From: Polyangiales bacterium | GTDB lineage: Bacteria > Myxococcota_A > Polyangia > Polyangiales > Polyangiaceae | Assembly (NCBI GenBank): GCA_038231275.1 | Contig: JBBRLQ010000011.1 | Span: forward strand, 1 to 64,000 | Direction of reading: 5' to 3' | Length of the DNA: 64,000 nucleotides | Shown here: positions 19,694 through 30,089 of the stretch, one piece after another | Position numbering within the stretch: the stretch's first letter is position 1 | Layout of the letters: every line of letters begins with the position of its first letter | Program-made: the position numbers and the translations under genes | Notes under the pieces: model-generated | Database searches by the model: none | What the model was told of the DNA's origin: nothing | Seen by the model: only the letters and a program-made list of their open reading frames with translations

Positions 19694-20587
19694 TCACTTG
19701 AAGCACTTGATCGCGCACTGCAGGTTGCCCTTGCAGCCGCACGGGTCGGCGCCGGGGCTCGGCTTGGCCTTCGCTGCCGGGGCGGGGCTGGACTTCGCGC
19801 TGAATCCGCCGCTCGTCACTTGGGTCATGTTGACCTTCGGCCCGCTCGCGTGCTTGCCGCCCGCGCCCCTGCGTGGTGCGGCGCTCCACTTCGCGCCGCG
19901 CGACTTCGGGGTCTGCGCCATCGGCGACGAGGCGGGCGTCGTGTCTTGCGCGGGCGTCGACGCGACGACCGGAGGGGGCGCGACGGGAGCCGCCGGCTTG
20001 GGGGCCTCGACCTGAACGGCCGCGGCGCGGGCCTGCGGCTTCGGCTCGTCGCCCCCGCTCACGGCCACGATGAGCCCGACGATCGCGAGCATGCCGGCGG
20101 CTGCGGCGATCCCGACGAAGCGGAGCTTGCGCGACGTCGCGGGCGGCGGCTCGTCGATGGGACGCGCCTCACGCGTGAACGTCGACGGCGGCGGCTCGCT
20201 CTGCGCCCGACGCGCGCGCTCCTCGGCGGCGCGCGCCAGGGCGTTGAGGTCGATGACGCCCGAGCCTTCGCGACGCGCGACCGGGGCGGGCGGGGGAATC
20301 GTGCCCTGCTTCGCCATCGCGGGCGGCGGCTGCGTGTGCGCCCGACCTACGAGAGCGGCGAGCGTGAACATCTGCGAGCTCTCGTCGTTCTTCGGCGGCG
20401 GCGCGCTCGAGGCCGCGCGGGCACCCGGCGAGCGAGAGGGCGGTGCGCTGCCTGCGCCGAACGAGCCGATGTGGAACGTCGCCTGGCACGAGCGGCACCG
20501 CACGGACGCGTCGCGCCCGCTGACCTTCTCGTCCGCGATCCGGAACTTTGCCTGGCAGCTCGGGCAGGTGATGAGCATCAAGGGCAT
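19694..20587 (-). CDS. Zinc-ribbon (MJ0042-finger) bitopic membrane protein with Pro-rich tail
   Basis: ITCPSCQAKFRI...VRCRSC; SGVIDLNAL; one TM; ends DPCGCKGNLQCAIKCFK. Confidence 0.85.
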   Translation of the reverse strand: MPLMLITCPSCQAKFRIADEKVSGRDASVRCRSCQATFHIGSFGAGSAPPSRSPGARAASSAPPPKNDESSQMFTLAALVGRAHTQPPPAMAKQGTIPPPAPVARREGSGVIDLNALARAAEERARRAQSEPPPSTFTREARPIDEPPPATSRKLRFVGIAAAAGMLAIVGLIVAVSGGDEPKPQARAAAVQVEAPKPAAPVAPPPVVASTPAQDTTPASSPMAQTPKSRGAKWSAAPRRGAGGKHASGPKVNMTQVTSGGFSAKSSPAPAAKAKPSPGADPCGCKGNLQCAIKCFK

Positions 20588-20756
20588 GGCCTCTGCAAGA
20601 AGCGTGTCTCAACGGCGCCTCTTCTGCCCACACGCCCTTCACCAACGAATTCACCGGGTTTCTGGGGGCGCCCCCCTCGGGGGAAGCACCAAGATGGATC
20701 GCGTGAGGACCAGTCGCCTGGAGCATCCGAAATCCATCCGGCCGCCGTTTCCGCCG

Positions 20757-20784
20757 AGTGGAGCGAAGCGCAGCTGAGCGAACG
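20757..20784. repeat. Dispersed repeat AGTGGAGCGAAGCGCAGCTGAGCGAACG
   Basis: First 18 nt identical to 49141-49158. Confidence 0.75.
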
Positions 20785-20796
20785 CTCCCGACGGGA

Positions 20797-21300
20797 TCAC
20801 TTCTTCGCGGGCTTGCCTCCGCCGGGCTTCGGCGTCGTCGCAGGCGCGGGCGGAGGTGCCGCGGCGACGGTCGCCTTGGGCTTCGGCGTCGTCAGGGCGG
20901 TGAATTTTCCCTCGTTGATCGTCTCGCACGATGCCTTCGCGTCGTCGAGGTCGCGCGGGGCGTCGCCGTCCGCGTAGTACGCGGTGGTGCTGCCGTCCTT
21001 GTCGAGGCAAGCGCCGACGATGTTGTCCTTGGGGCACGGTCCGTCCGACCACGTCCCCTTCAACGCGTCGCAGAGTCCCTTTGCGAGGCCGATGGGATCG
21101 CTCTTGTCGGTCTCCTCGCTGCACGTGCTCGCCTCCTTGCGGAGGTTGCAGCTTCCCTTCATCCCGCCGGCCGCCACCACCGCCGCCGACGTCGTCGTGG
21201 TCCCGTCGCTCTTGCTGCTCTTGCCGCACCCCGCCAACGTGAGCGTGAGCGTGAGCGCCGCGAGCGCCGTCGTGATCGGTGTCCTCATCGAGAGCTTCAT
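20797..21300 (-). CDS. Lipoprotein of unknown function
   Basis: GGAAGGA RBS, LAGC lipobox, six further Cys, Pro-rich tail. Confidence 0.8.
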   Translation of the reverse strand: MKLSMRTPITTALAALTLTLTLAGCGKSSKSDGTTTTSAAVVAAGGMKGSCNLRKEASTCSEETDKSDPIGLAKGLCDALKGTWSDGPCPKDNIVGACLDKDGSTTAYYADGDAPRDLDDAKASCETINEGKFTALTTPKPKATVAAAPPPAPATTPKPGGGKPAKK

Positions 21301-21349
21301 GATCGGTCCTTCCGTGTGCGCGCGATCTCCGCGCGTCGCGGCGGCGTTT

Positions 21350-21365
21350 CGCAACGCGTGTGCCG
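21350..21365 (-). promoter_or_regulatory. Putative sigma54 -24/-12 promoter
   Basis: CGGCACACGCGTTGCG on the minus strand (GG-N10-GC), 50 nt upstream of ATG 21300. Confidence 0.65.
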
Positions 21366-21391
21366 CAGGACCCGTTCGCGAAGTCGGGGGG

Positions 21392-21679
21392 TTACTGGTG
21401 GGCGGTGGGCGCCAGAGCACCCAACGACGCCGGCATCTGGGTCCCTGGCTCGTGCGCGGTCGGCGCGACGACGGCGACGCGCTCGCGCCGAAGGGCCGTC
21501 GACGCGGCGCCAGCCTCGGGACGCTCGACCGCGGGACCGACCGGGATCGGCCGATCGACCGCCGCCTCGTCGCCGGAGTCCGGCGCGGTCGCGGCGAGGC
21601 AGCCTCCGAGCGCGAGGCAAAACGAGAGCGCGAGCGCGCAGCTCGTCGCGTCGAGAACGGATGTCGTGAGGATGCGCAT
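21392..21679 (-). CDS. Small putative lipoprotein
   Basis: AAGGAG RBS, LGGC lipobox. Confidence 0.55.
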   Translation of the reverse strand: MRILTTSVLDATSCALALSFCLALGGCLAATAPDSGDEAAVDRPIPVGPAVERPEAGAASTALRRERVAVVAPTAHEPGTQMPASLGALAPTAHQ

Positions 21680-21768
21680 CGCGGAGTGCTCCTTCAGGGA
21701 CAGAACGGCCACGCGCGCGCGTCCTGAAGTCCCCCGCGGCGGGAAAAAGCGGACTATCCTGCGCGCCT

Positions 21769-23232
21769 ATGTCCCGCCCGAACGCCCCCGCCCCCCTCGA
21801 TTTGACCGCGATCGCCACCAAGGCGATGCGTGACCATGGCTTCGCCCCCGATCTGCCGGAGGAGGTGACGTCGCAGGTCGCTCGCCTCCACGAAGGGTAC
21901 GACGCCGGCGGCGTGCGCGACCTGCGGAGCCTGCCGTGGTCGTCGATCGACAACCAGGAGTCGCGCGATCTCGATCAGATCGAGGTCGCCGAGCGCCTGG
22001 CGGGTGGCGACGTAAAGGTGCTGGTGGGCATCGCCGACGTCGACGCCCTCGTCCCCAAGGGCTCGCCGGCCGATCTGCATGCGGCGCGCAACACGTGCTC
22101 CGTCTACGCCGGCGTCGCCGTCTTCCCGATGCTGCCGGAGCGCCTGTCGACCGATCTCTCCAGCCTCAACGAGGCCGAGGATCGCCTAGCGATCGTGATC
22201 GAAATGACGGTCGGCGCCGACGGCAACGTCACGCGCGGCGACGTTTACCGCGCGCAGGTGCGCAACCACGCGAAGCTCACCTACGACGAGATCGGCGCGT
22301 GGCTCACGAAGAAGGCTCCGCTCCCGCACGCCGCCGCGCGCGTCGTGGGGCTCGAGGAGCAGCTCCGTATCCAAGCCGACGTCGCCGCGTGCCTCCGCGC
22401 GGTTCGTTACGCGCGCGGCGCGCTCGATCTCGAGACCATCGAGGCGCGACCCATCACCAAGGACGGCAAGATCGTCGACCTCGCGGTCATCGAGAAGAGC
22501 CCGTCGCGCGAGCTCATCGAGGACTTCATGATCGCCGCGAACGGCGAGATGGCGAGATTCCTCGAGCGCCACCAGAGCTCCACGATCCGTCGCGTCGTCC
22601 GTAGCCCGGAGCGGTGGCAGCGCATCGTCGATCTGGCCGCGACGCTGGGCGAGACGTTGCCCCCCGAGCCGAGCGCGCGCGCGCTTGCCGCGTTCCTCGC
22701 CGATCGCAAGACCAAGGACCGCGCGTCCTTCGCCGATCTCTCGCTGGCCGTCGTGAAGTTGATGGGACCTGGCGAGTACGCGCTCGAGCGCGCGGGCGGG
22801 GCGCACGTCGGGCACTTTGGGCTCGCGGTCCAGGATTACACCCACTCGACGGCGCCCAACCGGCGCTACGCCGATCTCGTTACCCAGCGCATGCTGAAGG
22901 CGGAGGGGAGCGGCAAAGCGGCGTACTCCGACGACGAGCTCGCAGCGATCGCGCGCGCATGCACCGACAAGGAGAACGACGCGCGCAAGGTCGAGCGCTT
23001 CATGCGAAAGGTCGCCGCCGCGGTCCTCTTGAGCGAGCGCGTCGGTGACGTCTTCGACGCCATGGTAACCGGCGTCGGCACGAAGGGGACGTTCGTTCGC
23101 CTCGAGGCGCCGCCCACCGCCGAGGGGCGCGTCGTCCGCGGCGAGCAGGGCCTCGACGTCGGCGACGTCATCAAGGTGAAGCTCGTCGCCGCCGAGCCCC
23201 GCAAGGGCTTCATCGACTTCGCGCGTATCTGA
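21769..23232 (+). CDS. RNB-domain exoribonuclease (RNase II/R family, short form)
   Basis: SIDNQESRDLDQ, IEDFMIAAN, HFGL...YTHSTAPNRRYADL; C-terminal S1-like domain. Confidence 0.93.
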   Translation: MSRPNAPAPLDLTAIATKAMRDHGFAPDLPEEVTSQVARLHEGYDAGGVRDLRSLPWSSIDNQESRDLDQIEVAERLAGGDVKVLVGIADVDALVPKGSPADLHAARNTCSVYAGVAVFPMLPERLSTDLSSLNEAEDRLAIVIEMTVGADGNVTRGDVYRAQVRNHAKLTYDEIGAWLTKKAPLPHAAARVVGLEEQLRIQADVAACLRAVRYARGALDLETIEARPITKDGKIVDLAVIEKSPSRELIEDFMIAANGEMARFLERHQSSTIRRVVRSPERWQRIVDLAATLGETLPPEPSARALAAFLADRKTKDRASFADLSLAVVKLMGPGEYALERAGGAHVGHFGLAVQDYTHSTAPNRRYADLVTQRMLKAEGSGKAAYSDDELAAIARACTDKENDARKVERFMRKVAAAVLLSERVGDVFDAMVTGVGTKGTFVRLEAPPTAEGRVVRGEQGLDVGDVIKVKLVAAEPRKGFIDFARI

Positions 23233-23291
23233 GATCCGTCATCGAGCGGGTCGCTTCCGTCGCCGGCTCCTACCGTCCAAACGACGTTCGC

Positions 23292-23732
23292 TTACAAGCG
23301 CTCGCACGCCCGGACGACGAGCACCGAGACCTCGGCGTGGTTCACGACCTTCGCCGCCGTCGTGCCGATGAGCCTGTCCATCGTGTCGTACCCGTGGGAA
23401 CCGATCACGATGAGGTCGCAGCTCTCTTCCTTCGCGGCGCGGCCGATCGCTTGCCACGGCACGCCCACGATGACTCGAATGCCGGCGAGGAGCTCGGGCG
23501 GCAGCATGGAAGCGGCCTTGTCGAGCCCAGCGTGCGCGCGCTGCTCCAGGGTCTTCATGATCTCGTCGGGGGCCATGGCGTACGCGTCCGCCGGCAAGTC
23601 GTGATCGTGGGGCAAGCCGACGCTCCGGAACAGCACGAGCTTGGCGCCCATCTTCGTCGCGAGACGCGCCGCAGCATCCAGGGTCGATTTTTCGCGCGTC
23701 GAGCCGTCGAGGCCCACCAGGATTCGGTTCAT
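23292..23732 (-). CDS. Universal stress protein
   Basis: RILVGLDGS; DLIVIGSHG...LIGTTAAKVV. Confidence 0.92.
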   Translation of the reverse strand: MNRILVGLDGSTREKSTLDAAARLATKMGAKLVLFRSVGLPHDHDLPADAYAMAPDEIMKTLEQRAHAGLDKAASMLPPELLAGIRVIVGVPWQAIGRAAKEESCDLIVIGSHGYDTMDRLIGTTAAKVVNHAEVSVLVVRACERL

Positions 23733-23755
23733 GTCCCAACCTCGTCGTGACCTCA

Positions 23756-23771
23756 TGCAAATCGGTCGCCA
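23756..23771 (-). promoter_or_regulatory. sigma54 promoter of the first USP gene
   Basis: TGGCGACCGATTTGCA on the minus strand. Confidence 0.75.
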
Positions 23772-23814
23772 GTGTGGGGAAGGGCCGAGGTTTCTGCGCT
23801 TCCTCTTCGCGCGC

Positions 23815-23848
23815 GCGCATTCGATGCGCGTGCGTGCACGTCTTGCGT
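23815..23848. promoter_or_regulatory. Tandem palindromic enhancer-like site
   Basis: GCGCA-ttcga-TGCGC-gtgc-GTGCA-cgtct-TGCGT. Confidence 0.7.
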
Positions 23849-24029
23849 GCGCGCGCCCCGCGTTCGAGGCAATTTTCGGCAGCGAACGTGGTACATTTGC
23901 CGGCGTCGTTTTGGCACGGTCCGCGCAAACGCGTCGCCCATGAACGAGGCACGCCGGTACTCCGAGACGCGCCGTCGATTCCCGCAACCCGTCGTAGGTT
24001 GGTCCCAGGCGGCCTAAACTGAACGACGG

Positions 24030-25636
24030 ATGGAGACCCGATTCCAGGAAATGAAGCGGTACGCCCGCTTCGGACACGAGGACGCGAAGCTCGTGGCCGC
24101 CATGAGGCCGTACTGCGCTCCGCACTTCACGCGCATCGCCGAGGAGTTCTACGACCGCATCCGCGAGCACGAGGACGCGCACGCCGTCTTCACGGGTGAG
24201 GAGCAGATCATGCGCCTCCAACGCTCGCTCGTGCGGTGGCTTGAACGACTCTTGTCGGGCGTCTACGACGAGTCGTACTTCGGCGAGACCGTCCAGATTG
24301 GCCGCGTCCACGTGAAGGTCGGTCTGCCGCAGCACTACATGTTCACGGCGATGACGCTCATCCGCCGCGAGCTCGACGCCCTGGTCGTCGCCAACGCACG
24401 CGCCGCCGCAGAGCCCACGCGCGACGCGCTCCATCGGCTGATCGATCTCGAGCTCGGCGTCATGATCGAGGGGTATCGCGAGCACCTCTCGGCGCGCATC
24501 CACGCCACGAGCGAGCACGCGAGCCAGGCCCTCTCGCGCTCGTTGGCCCGCACCGAGCACAGGTTCGTGAGCGCCGTGGAGCTCGCGCGGATCCTCATCA
24601 TCGGCCTCGACGCGACCGGCGCCATTCGCCTCTTCAACCGCGAAGCCGAGCGGGTCACGGGCTACGACCGCGACGAGATGACCGGGCAGCCGTTCATCGC
24701 GACCTTGATGGCGGAGGAGGTCGTGCCGACCGACGGCTCGCGCGTGGCCCGAGCGCTGGCGGGGGAGGGCATCGACGCCGCGACGTTCGAGAGCGTGCTT
24801 CTCACTCGGACGGGCAAACACCTCGACGTGCGCTGGCAGCTCGCCAACGCGCCGGCCGACGAGGAGGACGAGGTGGTCCTCTTCGTCATGGGCCAGGACG
24901 TGACGGAGGCGCGCGCCGCGCAGGAGAGCGCGCGGCAGCACGAGAAGCTGGCGGCCGTCGGCACCCTCGCGGCCGGCCTGGCGCACGAGATCCGCAACCC
25001 GCTCAACGGCGCGCAGCTCCACGTGGCGTTCCTGGAGCGCGCGCTCAAGAAGGCGGGCGTCGCGACGCCCGAGATGACGGAGGCGGTCACCGTCGTCGGT
25101 GACGAGATCACGCGGCTCGCGCTCCTCGTCACCGAATTCCTCGATTTTGCCCGGCCGAAGCCGCTGAGCGTCAAACCGTTCGTCCTCCAAGCGCTCTGCA
25201 TCCGCGTGGTCGGCCTGGTGACCTCGCAGACCGCTGCCACGCGGGTCGCCGTCACCACCGACCTTCCCGCGCGGGAGCTCGTCGTCGAGGGCGACGGGTC
25301 CAAGCTCGAGCAGGTCCTCTTGAACCTCCTCCAGAACGGCATCGAGGCGCTGGCCCCGGGCGGCGGTGGAAGTGTGGTGCTGCGCGTGCGCCGGCAACCT
25401 CGCCTCGCGGTCATCGAGGTCGAGGACGATGGCCCCGGCCTGCCGCGCTCCGACGCCCCCATCTTCGACGCCTTCTTCTCCACGAAGCCCAACGGCACCG
25501 GCCTCGGGCTCGCCATCGCGCACCGCATCGTCAGCGACCACAACGGCACGCTCACCGTCGAGAGTCGCCCCGGCCGAACTCGATTTCGGGTTACCGTTCC
25601 GTTGGGGACCACGGTGGGTGGTGCGGAGCAGCCGGC

Positions 25637-25640
<4 letters not shown>
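24030..25640 (+). CDS. Globin-coupled sensor histidine kinase (protoglobin-PAS-HisKA-HATPase)
   Basis: AEEFYDRI and [16 protein letters not shown] globin motifs; [23 protein letters not shown]-box; N/G1/F/G2 boxes. Confidence 0.93.
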
Positions 25641-27013
<1,373 letters not shown>

Positions 27014-27039
27014 GAATAGCGACTCAGGCCATCACGTCA

Positions 27040-27495
27040 TCAGGCCGGCGCGCCGCGCTGCGCGTGCATCGTGAGGACCGGGACCTCCGAGCGACGGAGG
27101 ACCTTCTCGGCGATGCTGCCGAGGAGAGCGTGGGCGATCCCGGTTCGTCCGTGCGTCCCCATCACGATGAGATCGGCGTGCTTCTCCTTCGCGACGGCGA
27201 GGATCTCGTCGGCGGGCGGACCGGCGCGCAGGATCGACTCGCACGGGCCGATCTTGGTCTTCAGGCGGGCGATGATCCCGTCGAGCCCCGCCGTGGCCGC
27301 GTCGCGGATCGCCCGCGGCAAGTCGGTCGTCGCGGTGAGCGACGCGCCCGGATACGGGTAGAAGGGGAGCTCGTAGGCGTGCATGAGGACGAGCTTCGAT
27401 CCGAAGGTCTTCGCGAGATCGGCCGCGGCCTCAACGGCGCGGTCGGACGCCTCCTCGAAGTCCACGGGCACCAGAATCGTTCGGAGGGTGAGCAT
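27040..27495 (-). CDS. Universal stress protein
   Basis: ILVPVDF; DLIVMGTHGRTG...LLGSIAEKVLR. Confidence 0.93.
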   Translation of the reverse strand: MLTLRTILVPVDFEEASDRAVEAAADLAKTFGSKLVLMHAYELPFYPYPGASLTATTDLPRAIRDAATAGLDGIIARLKTKIGPCESILRAGPPADEILAVAKEKHADLIVMGTHGRTGIAHALLGSIAEKVLRRSEVPVLTMHAQRGAPA

Positions 27496-27506
27496 GCCCC
27501 CCACAC

Positions 27507-27522
27507 TGCAACCGCGGGGCCA
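27507..27522 (-). promoter_or_regulatory. sigma54 promoter of the second USP gene
   Basis: TGGCCCCGCGGTTGCA on the minus strand. Confidence 0.75.
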
Positions 27523-27564
27523 TGGAAAATCCCGAGGGATCCGGCGGCTTGATGGCATCGAGGC

Positions 27565-27598
27565 GCGCAGACCTTGCGTCGTGGCGCATCGAAGGCGC
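27565..27598. promoter_or_regulatory. Tandem palindromic enhancer-like site
   Basis: GCGCA-gacct-TGCGT-cgtg-GCGCA-tcgaa-GGCGC; same geometry as 23815-23848. Confidence 0.7.
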
Positions 27599-27609
27599 AC
27601 GATCCACCG

Positions 27610-28128
27610 ATGACGCTGCGCGCGTTCGTCGCTTGTGCCCTCGGATCCGTCGTCGCCCTCGGCGCCACGTTCTCGTGCGGCGACAGGATCCAGCCGACGG
27701 GCTCGAGCCTGGTCGTCGACGTCCCGCCGCCGGTGCCCAAGCCCGTCGACGACGCGCGGCCCCCGGACTACGACGCGGGCATCTCCGATGGCTCCGACGC
27801 CTCTCCGTATACGCGCGCGGACGCGGATCTCAAGGCGTGCGACACGTGCGTGTGCGCGAAGGACACGAGCTTCTGCTTCGGCGGCGCGACGCTCGCAGCC
27901 CCGGTGATCATCGCTGGAGCGGACGCAGGAGACGGGGGCGACGCGGGACCGGCCATTTGCCCGACCGCGAGCGGGGCCGCCGCCCAGGTCGGGTGCAACA
28001 CGCTTCCGCCCGCGTGCGCCGCGAAGCCGACGTGCGCGTGCATCATCGACACCCTGCAGCCGCTTTACCGCTGCTACCTCAACTGCGCCGACGACGGCAG
28101 CAAATGGCTCGTCTACTGCCCGAGCTAG
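27610..28128 (+). CDS. Cys-rich lipoprotein
   Basis: TFSC lipobox-like site, DAG linkers, GCNTLPPAC..PTCAC. Confidence 0.75.
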   Translation: MTLRAFVACALGSVVALGATFSCGDRIQPTGSSLVVDVPPPVPKPVDDARPPDYDAGISDGSDASPYTRADADLKACDTCVCAKDTSFCFGGATLAAPVIIAGADAGDGGDAGPAICPTASGAAAQVGCNTLPPACAAKPTCACIIDTLQPLYRCYLNCADDGSKWLVYCPS

Positions 28129-28151
28129 TTTTGCGCGAAGTGGGGCGCGTC

Positions 28152-30077
28152 TTACGCCTCGGCCGGCATGCCCTGCGCGCGCATGCGCTGGCCGACCGCA
28201 GCGAGCTGGCGATCGAGCTCCGACGCTGGCAGCGAGAGGAGCGAGCACGCGCGCAAAAGCATCGTCCGCTCCTGCGCGTCGACCTTTCCGTCGATCATCG
28301 CCGCGGAGACGAGGCCCGCCAAGAACCACTGCGGCGACGCCGACGTGAGCATGTTCGAAGCCTGCGGGTGGGCGAGGACGCTGCGGACCGTCTCGTCGGG
28401 GATCGCCCAGCGTCGCGCGCACATCGTGATGAGCTTGCGTTCGCGGCGCGAGATGACGCCGTCCGACGCCATCATCGAGGCCATCTGCGTGAAGAGGAGC
28501 ATGCGCTCGCGCGGATCGGCGATGTCGGGGAGGAGCCACGGCGGCAGCTCGCCCTCGGCCTCGGATCGCCCTCGGCGCGGCGGAACGGTGCCCGCGGGCA
28601 GGATGGCGTCGAGCACCCACGCCTGCGCGCCCGCCGCGAGCTCGGCGTTGCAGTGATCGCAGCGCGTCGAGTCGCTGTCGGTGAGGCCCGCGCCGCACTG
28701 CGCGCACACGAGCGCGGTCATCGAGAGCTTGCTCGTCACGCCGGTCTTGCGCGCGAGGCGGAGGACCGACTGCACCGGCGTCGCCTCGAACGCGCCAGGA
28801 AAGATCGCCGACCAGTAGATCTTCACGTAGACGTGATCCATCTCGGCTTCGGTCGGCGCCCGATCGACCACGAGCAGATCCGCGCCGCCAACCGCCGCGT
28901 CTTTGGACTGGGCGACCGAGCCGCCGAGCTGGGCGCGCGTCGCGACGAAGTCGGTGGTGCTGCACTTCCGCAGCTTCGCGGGCGTGCCCTCGCGGTTCGC
29001 CTGGAGCCACTTCCAGAACACGTACGACGCGCGATCCTCGAGCGCTTCCTGCGCGACCTGCGCGTCCACGTTGCGCAGCGCGTCGAGCCCGTCCACCTTG
29101 CCGGACGACGGGTGCCACTCGATGGTCTGCGTGATCTCGGCGAGCACCCAGTCGAACTCGCCCGAGCAGACGAGCGCCCTGCAGTACTTGCAGGTCAGGA
29201 TCTCGCCGGAGGCGTCGAGCGGCGCGCCGCACGAGGGGCACGCCTTGCCGATCTGGCTCGGATCGAGCTTCGTCGTCGCGCCGTGCTTGCGGACGAGCGA
29301 CCAGATCTCGGTGTACGGCTCCACCGGCGCCGCGCGGAGCGCCTGGGCGATCTGATCCTGCGTCGCCTGCACCGGCACCATCACGTCGCGCGCTTGCGCC
29401 GTGAACCGGACGTGCACCGTGTCGAAGGGAGGCTCGCTCTCGACCGCCTCGAGGGTGGTGAAGAGGACCTGCGCGTCGCTCATGAGGTTGCGCCGGTTTT
29501 CTTGCCGCATCATGGCGAGCTGGACCTGGAAGCGGCTATAGACGCCGTCGGAGACGAACGGGCGCGCGGGGCGCATGTCTCCCGCGCACCACGCCTCGCG
29601 CAGGATGCGAGACATCTCCGTGACGCGGCGGAACAGATCGCTCTCGGTGAGGTTCGGATCGCGTGTCCGGAGCGCGTCGAGTGAGGCCGCCTGGCGCATC
29701 GGCGCGGTCGCGGCTTGCTGCGCTTGCCAGATGGCCTGGCGCGTGTCGCGGTAGGCGCTCGTCTGGCCGCGGCGCATGAGCGAGTAAATGATCAGTCCGC
29801 CGACGACGACCATCACGAGGACGATGATGACGCCGCCGTCCGCGCCGCCGCCGGAGGAGCCGCCGCCGTAGTAGATCCCGCCGCTGGAGGACGAGCCGCT
29901 CCGCGACCCGCCGCCGCCGCCTCGATAACCGCCGCCACCCCCGCCGCCGCCGCCTCGGTAGGAGCCACCGCCGCCCGGCCGCGCCCAGGCGTCGACGGGG
30001 ACGACGAGGACCCCCGCGGCGACGGTGAGCGTCGCGGAGAGCAGGAGCAGCCTGAAGATGCGGCGCACGGAGGGCAT
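28152..30077 (-). CDS. Tim44-like domain protein with two zinc ribbons and TerB-like C-terminus
   Basis: Signal + ARPGGGGSY Gly-rich region + TM; RDPN...AWC.GD...EIWSLVR; CPSCGA..CKYC and CAQCGA..CDHC; SDGVISRRE and IDGKVDAQE. Confidence 0.8.
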   Translation of the reverse strand: MPSVRRIFRLLLLSATLTVAAGVLVVPVDAWARPGGGGSYRGGGGGGGGGYRGGGGGSRSGSSSSGGIYYGGGSSGGGADGGVIIVLVMVVVGGLIIYSLMRRGQTSAYRDTRQAIWQAQQAATAPMRQAASLDALRTRDPNLTESDLFRRVTEMSRILREAWCAGDMRPARPFVSDGVYSRFQVQLAMMRQENRRNLMSDAQVLFTTLEAVESEPPFDTVHVRFTAQARDVMVPVQATQDQIAQALRAAPVEPYTEIWSLVRKHGATTKLDPSQIGKACPSCGAPLDASGEILTCKYCRALVCSGEFDWVLAEITQTIEWHPSSGKVDGLDALRNVDAQVAQEALEDRASYVFWKWLQANREGTPAKLRKCSTTDFVATRAQLGGSVAQSKDAAVGGADLLVVDRAPTEAEMDHVYVKIYWSAIFPGAFEATPVQSVLRLARKTGVTSKLSMTALVCAQCGAGLTDSDSTRCDHCNAELAAGAQAWVLDAILPAGTVPPRRGRSEAEGELPPWLLPDIADPRERMLLFTQMASMMASDGVISRRERKLITMCARRWAIPDETVRSVLAHPQASNMLTSASPQWFLAGLVSAAMIDGKVDAQERTMLLRACSLLSLPASELDRQLAAVGQRMRAQGMPAEA

Positions 30078-30089
30078 CAGGCCGCCAGT

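Noticed and set aside
20594..20609. sigma54-like AGACACGCTTCTTGCA on the minus strand
   Set aside because: The invariant -24 GG is GA, and the site is too close to the first ATG.
23912..23927. sigma54-like TGGCACGGTCCGCGCA ahead of the globin kinase
   Set aside because: Perfect -24 but poor -12 (GCGC rather than TTGC); plausible but not supportable.
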